A stretch of 64,000 bases of DNA from Alphaproteobacteria bacterium (GTDB lineage Bacteria; Pseudomonadota; Alphaproteobacteria; Rs-D84; SZUA-605): positions 1 to 64,000 of the forward strand of contig JAVBPW010000004.1 in the NCBI GenBank assembly GCA_031549385.1, written 5' to 3'. How positions within the stretch are numbered: the first letter of the stretch is position 1; every line of letters starts with the position of its first letter. The notes under the pieces are model-generated. The model made no database searches. It worked only from the letters and a program-made list of their open reading frames with translations, and had not been told where the DNA came from. The translations under genes were made by a program, and so were the position numbers. This document shows positions 1-10,163 of the stretch, piece after piece.

Positions 1-2
1 GT

Positions 3-119
3 GGTAAATTGAACTATGTGACAAAGAATGGCTCAACAATAGGTGTTGGTTATGAAATGCATGTAAGAGATAATTACGAAGCACAAGAATTCAGAATAGA
101 ATTAGGATACAGATTCTAA
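3..119 (+). CDS. 3' end of an autotransporter/outer-membrane beta-barrel protein (partial)
   Basis: Manual translation GKLNYVTKNGSTIGVGYEMHVRDNYEAQEFRIELGYRF*; alternating beta-strand pattern and C-terminal YxF beta-signal. Confidence 0.7.
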   Translation, partial: GKLNYVTKNGSTIGVGYEMHVRDNYEAQEFRIELGYRF

Positions 120-137
120 ACTGAGAAATAGAAAAAG

Positions 138-164
138 AAAACACCGACAAAATCGGTGTTTTTT
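138..164. terminator. Bidirectional intrinsic terminator
   Basis: AAAACACCGA-caaaa-TCGGTGTTTTTT hairpin between convergent genes. Confidence 0.8.
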
Positions 165-195
165 ATAATTCAAAATAAAGCGTGGACGTCAGGTC

Positions 196-786
196 CTATT
201 CGTCGTCTTCTTTAATATCCATATCTTCAAGAACTTTATCTAAATTTTTATTAATATTTTCTTGTTCTTCAAGTGTAGCATTATAACGCTTTTGACTTTT
301 TTGCATATAGTCTTCAATTTTTTCAACAGCTCTATCTTCAGTTACTTTATTAATAACAGCATATTCATTAGCTAATCTTTCAAGTGCTTTTTGATAAATT
401 TGTCTTTCAGAAAAAGATTGTTCAACTTTATTATAGTTTCTATACAAATCGCGAACAACTTCTCCAACTTCTTCAGGATTACCAGAATTAATTTTATCTT
501 CATATATTTGAGCACGTCTTGACCACATAACGCGTTTAACTTGTGGGCTATCTTTTATAAGATCAACAATTTCGTCCATTTTTTTCTTGGAAGAAATCTT
601 ACGCAATCCAGAAATTTCGATTTTTTCAGTAGGAACTCGAAGTGTCATTCTATTTTTTTCAAATCTAATAACAACAAGTTCAATTTCTTGACCGCCAAAA
701 GTTTGTTTGCCGATTTCAATAACTTGTCCAACCCCATGAGTAGGATAAACAACAAAATCGCCAACTTTAAAATCTAATTTGCTCAT
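196..786 (-). CDS. carD: CarD/CdnL family RNA polymerase-binding transcription factor
   Basis: FKVGDFVVYPTHGVGQV N-terminus, WSRRAQIYEDKINSG and SFSERQIY motifs typical of alphaproteobacterial CarD. Confidence 0.93.
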   Translation of the reverse strand: MSKLDFKVGDFVVYPTHGVGQVIEIGKQTFGGQEIELVVIRFEKNRMTLRVPTEKIEISGLRKISSKKKMDEIVDLIKDSPQVKRVMWSRRAQIYEDKINSGNPEEVGEVVRDLYRNYNKVEQSFSERQIYQKALERLANEYAVINKVTEDRAVEKIEDYMQKSQKRYNATLEEQENINKNLDKVLEDMDIKEDDE

Positions 787-865
787 AAAAACTCTTTTCT
801 TTTAGAATGTTATAATGTATATTATTATAGACAAAAAAGAGAAAAACACAAGATAAATCTGTAAC

Positions 866-1642
866 ATGTTCATATTAGACGTATTTTTACTATCGTTAGT
901 CCAAGGTATCACCGAATTCCTACCAATTTCATCATCTGCTCACTTAGTTTTATTTGGCAACTTGTTAAATAATGATTTTGGCATGCTTTTTGATATAGGT
1001 CTTCATTTTGGAAGTATAATGGCGGTTTTATTATTTTATCGTAAAGATGTAATTCTTTTATTAAAAAGCATCTTAAAGCCAGGCGATAAAAAACTAGCCC
1101 CAGAAAGACATTTAATTTTAAAACTTATAATCGGTTCAATTCCGTTAGTTATAGCAGGAATGTTTTTATATAACCTTATAGAAGAAGATGCGAGAAATAT
1201 TCAAGTGCTTGCAATTAATTCTATTATTTTTGGTATATTGTTATTTATAGCAGACAAATTTTTCCCAGCAACAAAAAGTACAAATGAAATAAGTTATAAA
1301 AGTGCATTTATAATAGGTTTATTTCAAACTTTGTCATTAATGCCAGGTGTAAGTCGTTCAGGAATAACAATAACTGCAGCAAGATTTTTAAAAGTAAAAA
1401 GAGTTGAAGCAATTAAGTTTTCTGTATTTCTATCTATTCCAGCGATTATAGGTGCAAGTGCACTAGCATTTTACAAAAACTTCAGTTCTTTAAGTTTTGA
1501 CATGAATTTGATAATGGGAATTGTCTTCTCATTTATGGTTGCATATATTGCTCTATATTTATTTGTAAAACTTGCTAGAAATTTCTCATTTACAATATTT
1601 GCGATATATCGAGTTATATTAGGATTGTTCTTATTGAAATAA
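866..1642 (+). CDS. uppP: Undecaprenyl-diphosphate phosphatase
   Basis: VQGITEFLPISSSAH and PGVSRSGITI motifs; multi-TM. Confidence 0.96.
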   Translation: MFILDVFLLSLVQGITEFLPISSSAHLVLFGNLLNNDFGMLFDIGLHFGSIMAVLLFYRKDVILLLKSILKPGDKKLAPERHLILKLIIGSIPLVIAGMFLYNLIEEDARNIQVLAINSIIFGILLFIADKFFPATKSTNEISYKSAFIIGLFQTLSLMPGVSRSGITITAARFLKVKRVEAIKFSVFLSIPAIIGASALAFYKNFSSLSFDMNLIMGIVFSFMVAYIALYLFVKLARNFSFTIFAIYRVILGLFLLK

Positions 1643-1644
1643 AA

Positions 1645-1828
1645 AATAAAGGGCTGCTTTCGCAACCCTTCAGACCCCAACTCGTGGGTTCTTTTTTCTT
1701 GGGATTTCTCCCTTTTTTACACCACAGCTCTACCTCAATACCGATGCGAGTTGAGCTCAAACTCGACTTTTTCAGGCCTACAAATACTCTGTGGTCAATG
1801 CAATCCTTTCTTCAGATTAAATGAGGGG
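1645..1828 (-). ncRNA. Putative structured non-coding RNA (6S RNA-like long hairpin) with terminator
   Basis: GC-richer intergenic segment with no ORF; pairings ACCACAG/CUGUGGU, CGAGUU/AACUCG, GGGA/UCCC, CCCC/GGGG; ends in GGGUUGC-GAAA-GCAGCCC plus U-rich tail; TACAAT -10-like hexamer just upstream. Confidence 0.45.
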
Positions 1829-1950
1829 AAAGATCTTTATATATTGTATATTTAATTTCTAACTTATTTAAAGGTCATTATAAAATCAAATTTTCAAGAG
1901 TCAAGATTAAACGGTTGAATTAAGATTAAAATCAATTTATAATATGGGTT

Positions 1951-3102
1951 ATGTTAGAAAAACTAAATTCCATAGCTAAATTTCTATTAACTGCATGCGT
2001 GTGGTTTGTTATCTATTTAGCAATAGAGCAAACTCTTTTAAAATGGAATTGGGGATTTGATATAACTTCATACCGCCATTGGCAAATTTTAAACAATCAT
2101 TGGAAAGCTGGTTGGAAAATAGATACATTATATGAATGGGCGTTTATTTTAATAATATTTACATTTATTCCATTATATTTAGCAACTTTGTCATACATAA
2201 TGCATCCAAAAGTTTTTCCAAAAATCCAAGCTAAATTATCATTAATTTATAAAAACAAGATTACATTAGCAATTTACCATTTCTTTGTTCCTGTAAAAAA
2301 AGAAGAAAAGCAAGAAGAAGTAAAAAAAGACGAAGCGTCAACTCCAGCTTTTGAACCTGATCCAACAATGCCAACTGAAATAGCATCATTAAGACAAGGG
2401 GCAGGGCAAGCATATTTTGCACAAGATGCAATCGAAGAAAAGAAAGACGAAACTCCTCTTGATATGCCAGTTGCTCCATTAATGCCAGAAGAAGAGACTA
2501 AAGAAGAAAAAGAAGAAGATAGTATAAGTGATGTGCTAAGCAGAATTCAAGATATAATAGAAGAACCGCAAGTCAAAGAAAAATCAGTTGCAAAAGCTCC
2601 AAAAGCACAAAAAGAAAATTTTGAATATCAAAGGGAAGAAATTAAATTTGAACAAGCTGGATTTGATGTATTAAGAAATAAAGCAGGTTTTGATATAGTT
2701 GCATTATCACAACAAAAGATAATTTTCATAAACTTTTTAAATCAAAATATCTCATGGGTAGCAGACGAAGAATTTTTAGACGATGCAGAACCAGTTTGGA
2801 TAAGTCAAGAAGCCTCAGTAACTTCTCCTGTCTATGAAACATTAGAAAAATTTATTCAAGCTACAAAGAAAATCAAAAAAGTATTAGGTCAAACACAAAC
2901 ATCATATATTCCAATAGTAAGTCTATTAAAAGGTGAAATTCAAAATGAAAAAGAGATGCTTAATGTTTGGAAGAAAAAGAAAGTATACGTATTAAACGAA
3001 GATCCAAGTTCAAGTCTAAAAAAGCTTGACGATTTCACCAATCAAATGGTAGATTCGCTTTCAGCGCAAGAAATCCAGAAAATTGAGCGAGTATTAAAAT
3101 AA
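1951..3102 (+). CDS. Hypothetical membrane protein (2 N-terminal TM, acidic linker, C-terminal globular domain)
   Basis: 383-aa ORF with hydrophobic N-terminal segments; upstream TTGAAT..TATAAT promoter-like sequence. Confidence 0.75.
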   Translation: MLEKLNSIAKFLLTACVWFVIYLAIEQTLLKWNWGFDITSYRHWQILNNHWKAGWKIDTLYEWAFILIIFTFIPLYLATLSYIMHPKVFPKIQAKLSLIYKNKITLAIYHFFVPVKKEEKQEEVKKDEASTPAFEPDPTMPTEIASLRQGAGQAYFAQDAIEEKKDETPLDMPVAPLMPEEETKEEKEEDSISDVLSRIQDIIEEPQVKEKSVAKAPKAQKENFEYQREEIKFEQAGFDVLRNKAGFDIVALSQQKIIFINFLNQNISWVADEEFLDDAEPVWISQEASVTSPVYETLEKFIQATKKIKKVLGQTQTSYIPIVSLLKGEIQNEKEMLNVWKKKKVYVLNEDPSSSLKKLDDFTNQMVDSLSAQEIQKIERVLK

Positions 3103-3163
3103 AACTGGACTTATAGCAAATAATTTAGTATAAAATAGTTCTTAAAACTAAAAGGAAGTAATT

Positions 3164-3508
3164 ATGTTAGCATTTTTTTTAACTCTTGAAACTTTAATAG
3201 CAATTGCCTTAATTGCAATTATTTTGATGCAAAAATCTGAAGGTGGTGTTCTTGGAATTGGCGGTGGTGCTAAATTTGGCGGAATGCTTTCAGGAGAAAA
3301 TGCAAAGAATTTATTAACAACATTAACAAAATACTTATCAATAGCATTCTTTGGAATTTGCATGATTTTATCATTAATGGTTTATCATCAAAACAGAGAA
3401 AAAACACAACAAGTAAGAGCTGCAGTTCAACAACAGCAACAAGAAGCGCCATCTGCGCCATCTGCTCCAGAACAAGCTCCACAAACACCAGCAGAAAATA
3501 AAAAATAA
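3164..3508 (+). CDS. secG: Preprotein translocase subunit SecG
   Basis: ILMQKSEGGVLGIGGG and NLLTTLT motifs, two TM helices. Confidence 0.93.
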   Translation: MLAFFLTLETLIAIALIAIILMQKSEGGVLGIGGGAKFGGMLSGENAKNLLTTLTKYLSIAFFGICMILSLMVYHQNREKTQQVRAAVQQQQQEAPSAPSAPEQAPQTPAENKK

Positions 3509-3521
3509 TAGGGTATTAAAA

Positions 3522-4097
3522 ATGAAAATCGGCGTAAACGAAATCAAAACAGGTCAAATTATTGAATGTAAAGGAAAAAGATGTGTGGTTCTTAAAAAAG
3601 AATCTGTAAAGCCTGGAAAAGGTCCAGCATATATGCAACTTGAACTCCGTGACCTTGAAAGTGGCCGTAAAGTAATTGATTCTATCGTAACATCTGGCTC
3701 GGTTGAAAAACTAGACTCTCGTGAAAAGACTTGTCAATATATGTATTCAGACGGAAACGAAGTATATTTCATGGATTCAACAGATTATGATCAATTCCCA
3801 ATCAAAAAAGAATTATTAGGTGATAAATTAGCTTTCTTACAAGACGGAATGGAAGTAAAGATTCACTTTATTGAAAGCGATCCAATTGATGTAACATTAC
3901 CAAATTCATCAGTATGGAAAGTTGCAGAATGCGAACCAGTAGTAAAAGGTCAAACAGCTGCATCATCAAACAAACCTGCTATATTGACTAATGGAATTCG
4001 TATTATGGTTCCAACATTTATATCAGTAGATGATGAAATAGTTGTAAATAACAATGACATTACTTATATGGAACGAGCAAACAAAAAATCTCTATAA
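3522..4097 (+). CDS. efp: Translation elongation factor P
   Basis: VKPGKGPAY loop, VKGQTAASSNKPA, VPTFI motifs. Confidence 0.96.
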   Translation: MKIGVNEIKTGQIIECKGKRCVVLKKESVKPGKGPAYMQLELRDLESGRKVIDSIVTSGSVEKLDSREKTCQYMYSDGNEVYFMDSTDYDQFPIKKELLGDKLAFLQDGMEVKIHFIESDPIDVTLPNSSVWKVAECEPVVKGQTAASSNKPAILTNGIRIMVPTFISVDDEIVVNNNDITYMERANKKSL

Positions 4098-4129
4098 AAG
4101 TTTTTAATTAAATCAAACTTAAATATTAT

Positions 4130-4543
4130 ATGAATACATCTGTAAAGATAGTGGGTCACACTTGCGATTTTGCAAAACCTACAAAAGAAAAACAAAAAGA
4201 GCTGGTCAAATCAGCTATCAGAAAAGCAATAGCTAAAGCATTCTTTTCTGAATATTGGATTATCTCCGATGAACAAATTATTGGTATTGAAAAGTGGATA
4301 GGCAGTAGCCTTCCTGAAGTAAGTGAAAACTTAAATAAAGTTAACGATGGACTTCAGGATACTATAACTGATTTCGTTCTCAAAGAAAAAAAGTTTCCTG
4401 CGGTTAAAATTGTTTTCAATTTAAAAATAACCAGAAAAGAAGAGGAAATTGGTTGGGATATAATCATCGACTACAATGGTGTTTTCCATACCAGAAAACA
4501 ATCGGACAGGGTTGATAGACTTTTTCCAACAGAAGTAAATTAA
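4130..4543 (+). CDS. Hypothetical protein (SD-less orphan class)
   Basis: 137-aa ORF followed by terminator; AAACTTAAA at 4115-4123. Confidence 0.65.
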   Translation: MNTSVKIVGHTCDFAKPTKEKQKELVKSAIRKAIAKAFFSEYWIISDEQIIGIEKWIGSSLPEVSENLNKVNDGLQDTITDFVLKEKKFPAVKIVFNLKITRKEEEIGWDIIIDYNGVFHTRKQSDRVDRLFPTEVN

Positions 4544-4570
4544 AAAAGCGGGTATTATCCCGCTTTTTTT
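4542..4570. terminator. Bidirectional intrinsic terminator
   Basis: AAAAAAGCGGG-tattat-CCCGCTTTTTT. Confidence 0.85.
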
Positions 4571-4586
4571 ATACAACAACTAATAA

Positions 4587-5543
4587 TTAGAACATAAAGT
4601 TGAATTTAACTCCAAGTTCATATTTATATACAGTTTCTTTATGAGATACTTGATTATTTTCAGCATCGTCAAAAGTATATTCACCATAAAAACCAAGTTG
4701 AGCATTAGGAGCAACATTATAATAAGCCCCAAGATTAAAAATTAATTCTTGATATGCATCTTGGTGATCCCCTAACATGCTATTAGCAACCATAGGAGCC
4801 ATTGCACCGCCACCATAAAGTCTAACTTTGTCTACTGATGTAGATCCAGTGTATTTCCAAGTAACAGCACCATTAACTAACCATTTTTCTGTCATTTCAT
4901 AAGATGATTTTAATCCAACGGCATAGTCTGTAGAAGATTTAATATCAGCATTTACCCAGCCGTTTCCAACTGCAGGAATAATGCTTTCAAATGTATATTT
5001 ATTATTATCTCCAGCGATATTATATCTTATTTCTGCCCAAGCAGCATTTGCCCATTTTCCAATTTCTTTTCCAACTTGGAACCCAGTAGAAACAGCATAA
5101 CGTCCATGTGAGTAATTATCATAATGGAAATCAGTTCCGCCAGCTCCTACAATAGCGTTACCTCTAGATTTAATAAGTCCACCTAAATGCAAGTCATAAA
5201 AGAAATCCAAGATAACTGGTTGTGATTTTCCAAGTAATCTATGGTTCATTCCGATTTTTCCCATATAAAGTCCCATTTTATCTTCATCTACAGAAGAAAG
5301 ATATCCAACAGCTGTTCTAACAGTAGTAACATCTGAGATACCATATCCTAAATAAAGGTCATCTCTTGCTATACCTTTAATATTAAGGTCAGATCCGTCA
5401 TATTTTTTTTGTACCATACCAAATTGAGCTTTAGCATAAAAATCTCCCTTATTAGCTCCGAATGTAGCGCCTTCCATATTGTTAGCAGCCATAGCGTTAG
5501 CAGATACTCCCAATACCAATGCTATTAAACTTAATTTTTTCAT
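4587..5543 (-). CDS. Outer-membrane beta-barrel protein
   Basis: Signal peptide (ANAMA), amphipathic aromatic-rich strands, C-terminal KFNFMF. Confidence 0.8.
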   Translation of the reverse strand: MKKLSLIALVLGVSANAMAANNMEGATFGANKGDFYAKAQFGMVQKKYDGSDLNIKGIARDDLYLGYGISDVTTVRTAVGYLSSVDEDKMGLYMGKIGMNHRLLGKSQPVILDFFYDLHLGGLIKSRGNAIVGAGGTDFHYDNYSHGRYAVSTGFQVGKEIGKWANAAWAEIRYNIAGDNNKYTFESIIPAVGNGWVNADIKSSTDYAVGLKSSYEMTEKWLVNGAVTWKYTGSTSVDKVRLYGGGAMAPMVANSMLGDHQDAYQELIFNLGAYYNVAPNAQLGFYGEYTFDDAENNQVSHKETVYKYELGVKFNFMF

Positions 5544-5803
5544 TTTTTACCCTTTTTTATTTGTTAAAAAATTAAAGGACTTTTATCCTTTTCATTAAAA
5601 ATTAATCTTAAAGCATTTCTATATTAAGTCAATAATTATAATTTTTACATAAATGCTAAATTATGCTTAGTATTTACTAAATAATATTATAGATTTTAAC
5701 TGTCTATAGTTAACATTACTACAACTATGCAATCTATATTAATTTACAACAGGTATGTTATTGATAATTCAGGAAAGTTTATAATTAATTAGTTTATTGA
5801 ATT

Positions 5804-6754
5804 TTAAATAAAAAATTCATTTATTAAATTTTGCATATCATTTAAAGACTCGGTGTTATTTACTTTGAATCTAAATCCAGCAGCATTACTCATTCCGATA
5901 CTATACCATGATGCATGTTTTCTAAAAATTTTTACAGCAGGTTTCTCACCATAAAGTTCACAAGTCTTATATAAATGTTTCAAACAAACTTCTTTAATTT
6001 GAGGAACTGTTAATTCAATTTTTTTATTTTCCAAACATTCTTTAAGCAACCATGGTTTTCCGAGTAATCCTCTTCCAATCATAACTCCATCAACACCATA
6101 TTTAATTTTTTCATTAAATGATTCAAGAGATACTATATCGCCATTTCCAATCACAGGAATTGTGGCTTTATCTTTTACTTGTTTAATAATATCCCAATCA
6201 GCTGACCCACTATAAAGTTGAGCTTTAGTTCTTCCATGTACGGTAATCATGCAAGCACCCGATTCTTGAGCTATATTTAAAAAGTCAAAAATAGTAATTT
6301 TTTCATTATTCAAGCCGATTCTAGTTTTCACAGAAACTGGTATTTTAACAGCCTTTGATACAGCTTCTATAACTCGTCCTGCCAAAGGTAAGTCTTCTAA
6401 CATAGCACATCCGCCACCAGCTTTTAAAACCTTCTTAACAGGGCAGCCCATATTTATATCAATCATAACAGCTCCCATAGATTCTAAAATTTTTGCGCTT
6501 TCGGCCATTTTTTCAATATCATTTCCAAATATTTGGGCAACAATTCCTTCTTCTATTTTTTCTTGTGGTGTAAGTTTTTTATGTTTGTAATGATTGATTA
6601 AAGAGTGACAAGAAATCATTTCAGAAAAGCATAAAATATCCTTATCAAAACTTCTGACAATTTCTCTGAAAGCAAAATCAGAAACTCCAGCCAAAGGTGC
6701 GCTAAACACTGGCTTCTTTATTACAAAATTTTTAAGTTTCAATTCTTTCAACAT
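5804..6754 (-). CDS. dusB: tRNA-dihydrouridine synthase B
   Basis: APLAGVSD, DINMGCP, TVHGRT, GNGDI, GVMIGRG motifs. Confidence 0.93.
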   Translation of the reverse strand: MLKELKLKNFVIKKPVFSAPLAGVSDFAFREIVRSFDKDILCFSEMISCHSLINHYKHKKLTPQEKIEEGIVAQIFGNDIEKMAESAKILESMGAVMIDINMGCPVKKVLKAGGGCAMLEDLPLAGRVIEAVSKAVKIPVSVKTRIGLNNEKITIFDFLNIAQESGACMITVHGRTKAQLYSGSADWDIIKQVKDKATIPVIGNGDIVSLESFNEKIKYGVDGVMIGRGLLGKPWLLKECLENKKIELTVPQIKEVCLKHLYKTCELYGEKPAVKIFRKHASWYSIGMSNAAGFRFKVNNTESLNDMQNLINEFFI

Positions 6755-6824
6755 TTTTTTAACTTTCCTTTAAGTTGATTTTCTGATATAATATACGCGT
6801 CAAAAGGTATTATAAGGATAATTT

Positions 6825-7175
6825 ATGAAAAAGTACAAGTTTTTAACAAAGATACGTGATTTTTTTAAATATATGATATTAATTTTTAAAAATCTAAAAC
6901 CTCATCAAAAAATAGTATCCTTAGTATTAATAGTAATATTAATTTCATTTATCATTTCAATCTTTTTTGGAAAGAACAGTATTTTCTCATACATGAGTGT
7001 ATCAAAAGAAGGTCAAAAATATATTGGTTTAGTAGAACAAGAAAAACAAGTCAATGCAGATTTAAAGAATCAAATAAATTTATTAAAATCAAATTCATCA
7101 GATTTAACAGATGAAATTTTAAAAACAAAATTTAATAAAGCGCCAAAGGGAGTTTATATATTAAAAAATGATTAA
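6825..7175 (+). CDS. ftsB: Septum formation initiator FtsB/DivIC family protein
   Basis: Single TM, FGKNS motif, coiled coil, DLTDE motif. Confidence 0.65.
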   Translation: MKKYKFLTKIRDFFKYMILIFKNLKPHQKIVSLVLIVILISFIISIFFGKNSIFSYMSVSKEGQKYIGLVEQEKQVNADLKNQINLLKSNSSDLTDEILKTKFNKAPKGVYILKND

Positions 7176-8634
7176 TAAGAAACCTATAATTTTATGTATA
7201 CTTGATGGATATGGTTTAGCAAAAGAATCAAAGTACAATGCTATATCAAAAAAAACAGCTCCAACAATTATGGAAATTTTTAAAGACTTTCCATTCACAA
7301 AATTATGTGCTTCATCAGGGTGTGTAGGCCTTCCTAAAAACACAATGGGGAATTCTGAAGTAGGTCATTTAAATATGGGAGCAGGTCGCATAGTAAAACA
7401 AATTTTACCTCTAATTAATGATGAAATAAAATCGAAAAAATTAGAAAAAAACAAAGATTTAGTTTCTATAAGTAAAACTTTAATTTCAAATCATAACTCT
7501 TTGCATTTATTAGGTTTATTTTCAAAAGGAAATGTACATTCTAACCTAGAGCATACATTTTTCTTGGCTAAATATTTTGCCTGTCTTGGTATAAAAGTTA
7601 AACTTCATTTAATAGGTGACGGCAGGGACGTAGCAACTACAAGTTTACTGAAAGATTTACAAAAAATTAAGAAAAATAAGTATATTGAAATAGCAACTCT
7701 CTCAGGTCGTTATTATGCAATGGACAGAAATAATAATATAAATCGAACAAAGAAGTATTTTGAAACTTTTTGCGGAGTTGGTTCTTCAACTTCTGATTTT
7801 AAAAAATATGTAAAACAAAATTATAAAAAACATATAACAGATGAATTTATATTACCTATAAGAAATGAAAATTATTCAGGTCCAGATAAAAATGATATTT
7901 TAATTTGCACAAATTTTCGTGCTGACAGAATGCGTCAAATAATGGAATTAATCATTAAGAAAAAAATGTTTAAAAAGGTATATTCATTTACGTCATATAA
8001 AAAAGAATTTGATAAGAATGTAAGTGTCATTTTTCCAAGTAAAAATTTGAATAATACTCTTTCACAGATTATATCAGAAAAAGGTCTAAAACAATTTCAT
8101 ATAGCAGAAACAGAAAAATATGCTCATGTAACATTTTTCTTTAATGGAGAAAAAGAAATTCCATATAAAAATGAAGACAGAATATTAATTCCATCACCAG
8201 ATGTAAAAACTTATGATTTATCACCGAAAATGTCAGCTGAAAAGATTACAAAGGAAGTAGTAAAAAATTTTGATAAATATGATTTTATTTTAATAAATTA
8301 TGCAAATCTTGATATGATAGGTCATACAGGGAATATAGACGCAGCGCGTATTGCAGTAAAAGAAATAGACAATCAAGTAAAGATATTAAAAGATTTAACA
8401 TTGCAAAAAAATGCAACGTTATTGATAACAGCAGATCATGGAAATGCAGAAGATATGAAAGGGGCAGGGACTACAACACATTCTAAAAATCCTGTACCAT
8501 TTTGTATAGTTTCAAATCAAAAATATCATTTAGTTAAAAAAGGTGTCTTAGGAGACATAGCACCAACAATTTTACAAATAATGAAGATAAAACAACCAAA
8601 AGAAATGACTGGTAAAAGTTTAATAAAAGATTAA
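7168..8634 (+). CDS. gpmI: 2,3-bisphosphoglycerate-independent phosphoglycerate mutase
   Basis: ILDGYG, MGNSEVGH, GRYYAMDR, AETEKYAHVTFF, DMIGH, TADHGNAE motifs. Confidence 0.97.
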   Translation: MINKKPIILCILDGYGLAKESKYNAISKKTAPTIMEIFKDFPFTKLCASSGCVGLPKNTMGNSEVGHLNMGAGRIVKQILPLINDEIKSKKLEKNKDLVSISKTLISNHNSLHLLGLFSKGNVHSNLEHTFFLAKYFACLGIKVKLHLIGDGRDVATTSLLKDLQKIKKNKYIEIATLSGRYYAMDRNNNINRTKKYFETFCGVGSSTSDFKKYVKQNYKKHITDEFILPIRNENYSGPDKNDILICTNFRADRMRQIMELIIKKKMFKKVYSFTSYKKEFDKNVSVIFPSKNLNNTLSQIISEKGLKQFHIAETEKYAHVTFFFNGEKEIPYKNEDRILIPSPDVKTYDLSPKMSAEKITKEVVKNFDKYDFILINYANLDMIGHTGNIDAARIAVKEIDNQVKILKDLTLQKNATLLITADHGNAEDMKGAGTTTHSKNPVPFCIVSNQKYHLVKKGVLGDIAPTILQIMKIKQPKEMTGKSLIKD

Positions 8635-9650
8635 CGTTCTCGTTCGTTTTCTTGTTCTAAAAACTGTTCATATTCAAGCTCAACTTTTTGAGTTAATTCT
8701 TCTTTAATTTGCTTCCAAGGTTTTAAATTTCTAAAAGGGCTTTTTTTATCTAGATAAGGAACGCTAACAGCAGGTCCACAAGTTTGAAGTTCAACATTGT
8801 TTTCAGAGTCAAAAGCAACACTAATATCTCCCATATGAGCAAACTCAAATTTATGAGTTTCATCTAATTCTTTACCAATTTTATTCTTAACTGCTCTTCC
8901 ACATTGGAATGTAGGAGAATCAAATCCCGTAATTCCAACAGGTATTTCATCAAAATAAGCTACATTTAATCCTGGTGCATGTATGGTAAAATCAGTCAAG
9001 TTTAAATCATATTTATCTAATTTTTTTTCATCAAGCATTTCTTTATAAACCATAAGTTCATCTTCAGGAGAAGTAAAAAGAGCAACGCTAACTTTATCTC
9101 GTAATTTATCTGAATGAGCGATTTTTTCAATAATTTTTAAACTTCTGTTCACTGAAGATGGGTGATATCTATCAACAGACAAATGAATTTCAACTGGAAA
9201 GAAATCAGGATTATAGGTATATTTTAAATCTTCTAAATCTTTAAAAACTTGGTTTCCATATTTTTTATCGACCCAAGCTCCATTAGTTTTAATATTAACC
9301 TCAATTTGACGATCTAATGCAGATTGCATAATAGAAGGCATATATTGAGGAGATAGTTTTTCGTAAGCAGTAGTAACTTCTCCACCGGAAAAAACAACAA
9401 CACCTTTAAAGCGTTCTTCATTTTCTTTAAAATCATCTAAATAAAATTCAACATCTTTTTGAGGAATATATTTAGCATCACGTTGTGGGCCAGCATTAAC
9501 GCAACAGTGTGCGCATTCATAATCGCAATGATAAGTGGTATTAAATAATAAAGAAAACTTAAAGCTATTCATAAAAAGCGGTGTAACCGGATTATACAGA
9601 TTTGCTTTAAGTAATCTTTTAAATTCTGACATAATTGCCTTTATTGGCAA
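8631..9650 (-). CDS. Radical SAM superfamily protein
   Basis: CDYECAHC (CX3CX2C), FSGGE, TNG, LSVDRYH motifs; no SPASM cysteine cluster. Confidence 0.88.
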   Translation of the reverse strand: MPIKAIMSEFKRLLKANLYNPVTPLFMNSFKFSLLFNTTYHCDYECAHCCVNAGPQRDAKYIPQKDVEFYLDDFKENEERFKGVVVFSGGEVTTAYEKLSPQYMPSIMQSALDRQIEVNIKTNGAWVDKKYGNQVFKDLEDLKYTYNPDFFPVEIHLSVDRYHPSSVNRSLKIIEKIAHSDKLRDKVSVALFTSPEDELMVYKEMLDEKKLDKYDLNLTDFTIHAPGLNVAYFDEIPVGITGFDSPTFQCGRAVKNKIGKELDETHKFEFAHMGDISVAFDSENNVELQTCGPAVSVPYLDKKSPFRNLKPWKQIKEELTQKVELEYEQFLEQENERER

Positions 9651-10057
9651 TTATAAGCGTAAAACATAGCCTTTAATCTCATGTAATCAACTTTTGCATA
9701 AGAGCAACAGTTTGATAATTCATAGTAAGGTTGATCAGGCTTAGCGTAAATAACTGGGTCAAATCTTTCAGATGCAGTTAATAATGTGTTTATGTTGTTG
9801 TTAGCAGCAACATCAGTAACGCCTTTAACTCTGTTTGAACGAGCAAATTCAGTAGCATTTCTATCATCTATAACTACACCCATTTCTTTACAGATTCGGC
9901 CAGAAGGCAATCCATAAGAGTATATTTCAACTCCGCTTCGAGTAGCTTTCAAAACTCCACCTTGTCCCACAACAATCTTTCTATTATAAGTTTCTTGGTA
10001 TTGTGTAGTTCCACAAGCGGTTAAAAATAAAGTAGATAAAATCAAAAGTTTTTTCAT
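9641..10057 (-). CDS. Hypothetical lipoprotein
   Basis: MKK...LFLTAC lipobox; overlaps radical SAM start, suggesting an operon. Confidence 0.8.
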   Translation of the reverse strand: MKKLLILSTLFLTACGTTQYQETYNRKIVVGQGGVLKATRSGVEIYSYGLPSGRICKEMGVVIDDRNATEFARSNRVKGVTDVAANNNINTLLTASERFDPVIYAKPDQPYYELSNCCSYAKVDYMRLKAMFYAYNCQ

Positions 10058-10163
10058 AAAATTGTCCTTTTTTCTTTGATTATAGAGCTAAATATAGAAC
10101 AAAAATTAAATTTGTCAAGAATTATTATTGACAAAAGATAAATATTAAGATAAATTGGTCAAA

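Noticed and set aside
805-832. dif site (ATAATGTATATTAT core)
   Set aside because: The core resembles dif but the XerD arm TTATGTTAAAT is poorly matched, and the site coincides with the carD/uppP promoter region in AT-rich DNA. A similar weak match near 57955-57982 was also rejected.
1645-1828. RNase P RNA, tmRNA, SRP RNA or riboswitch
   Set aside because: No GAGGAAAGUCC P4 motif, no tRNA-like ends or tag ORF, no SRP GGAA loop motif, and no downstream gene on the same strand for a riboswitch to control.
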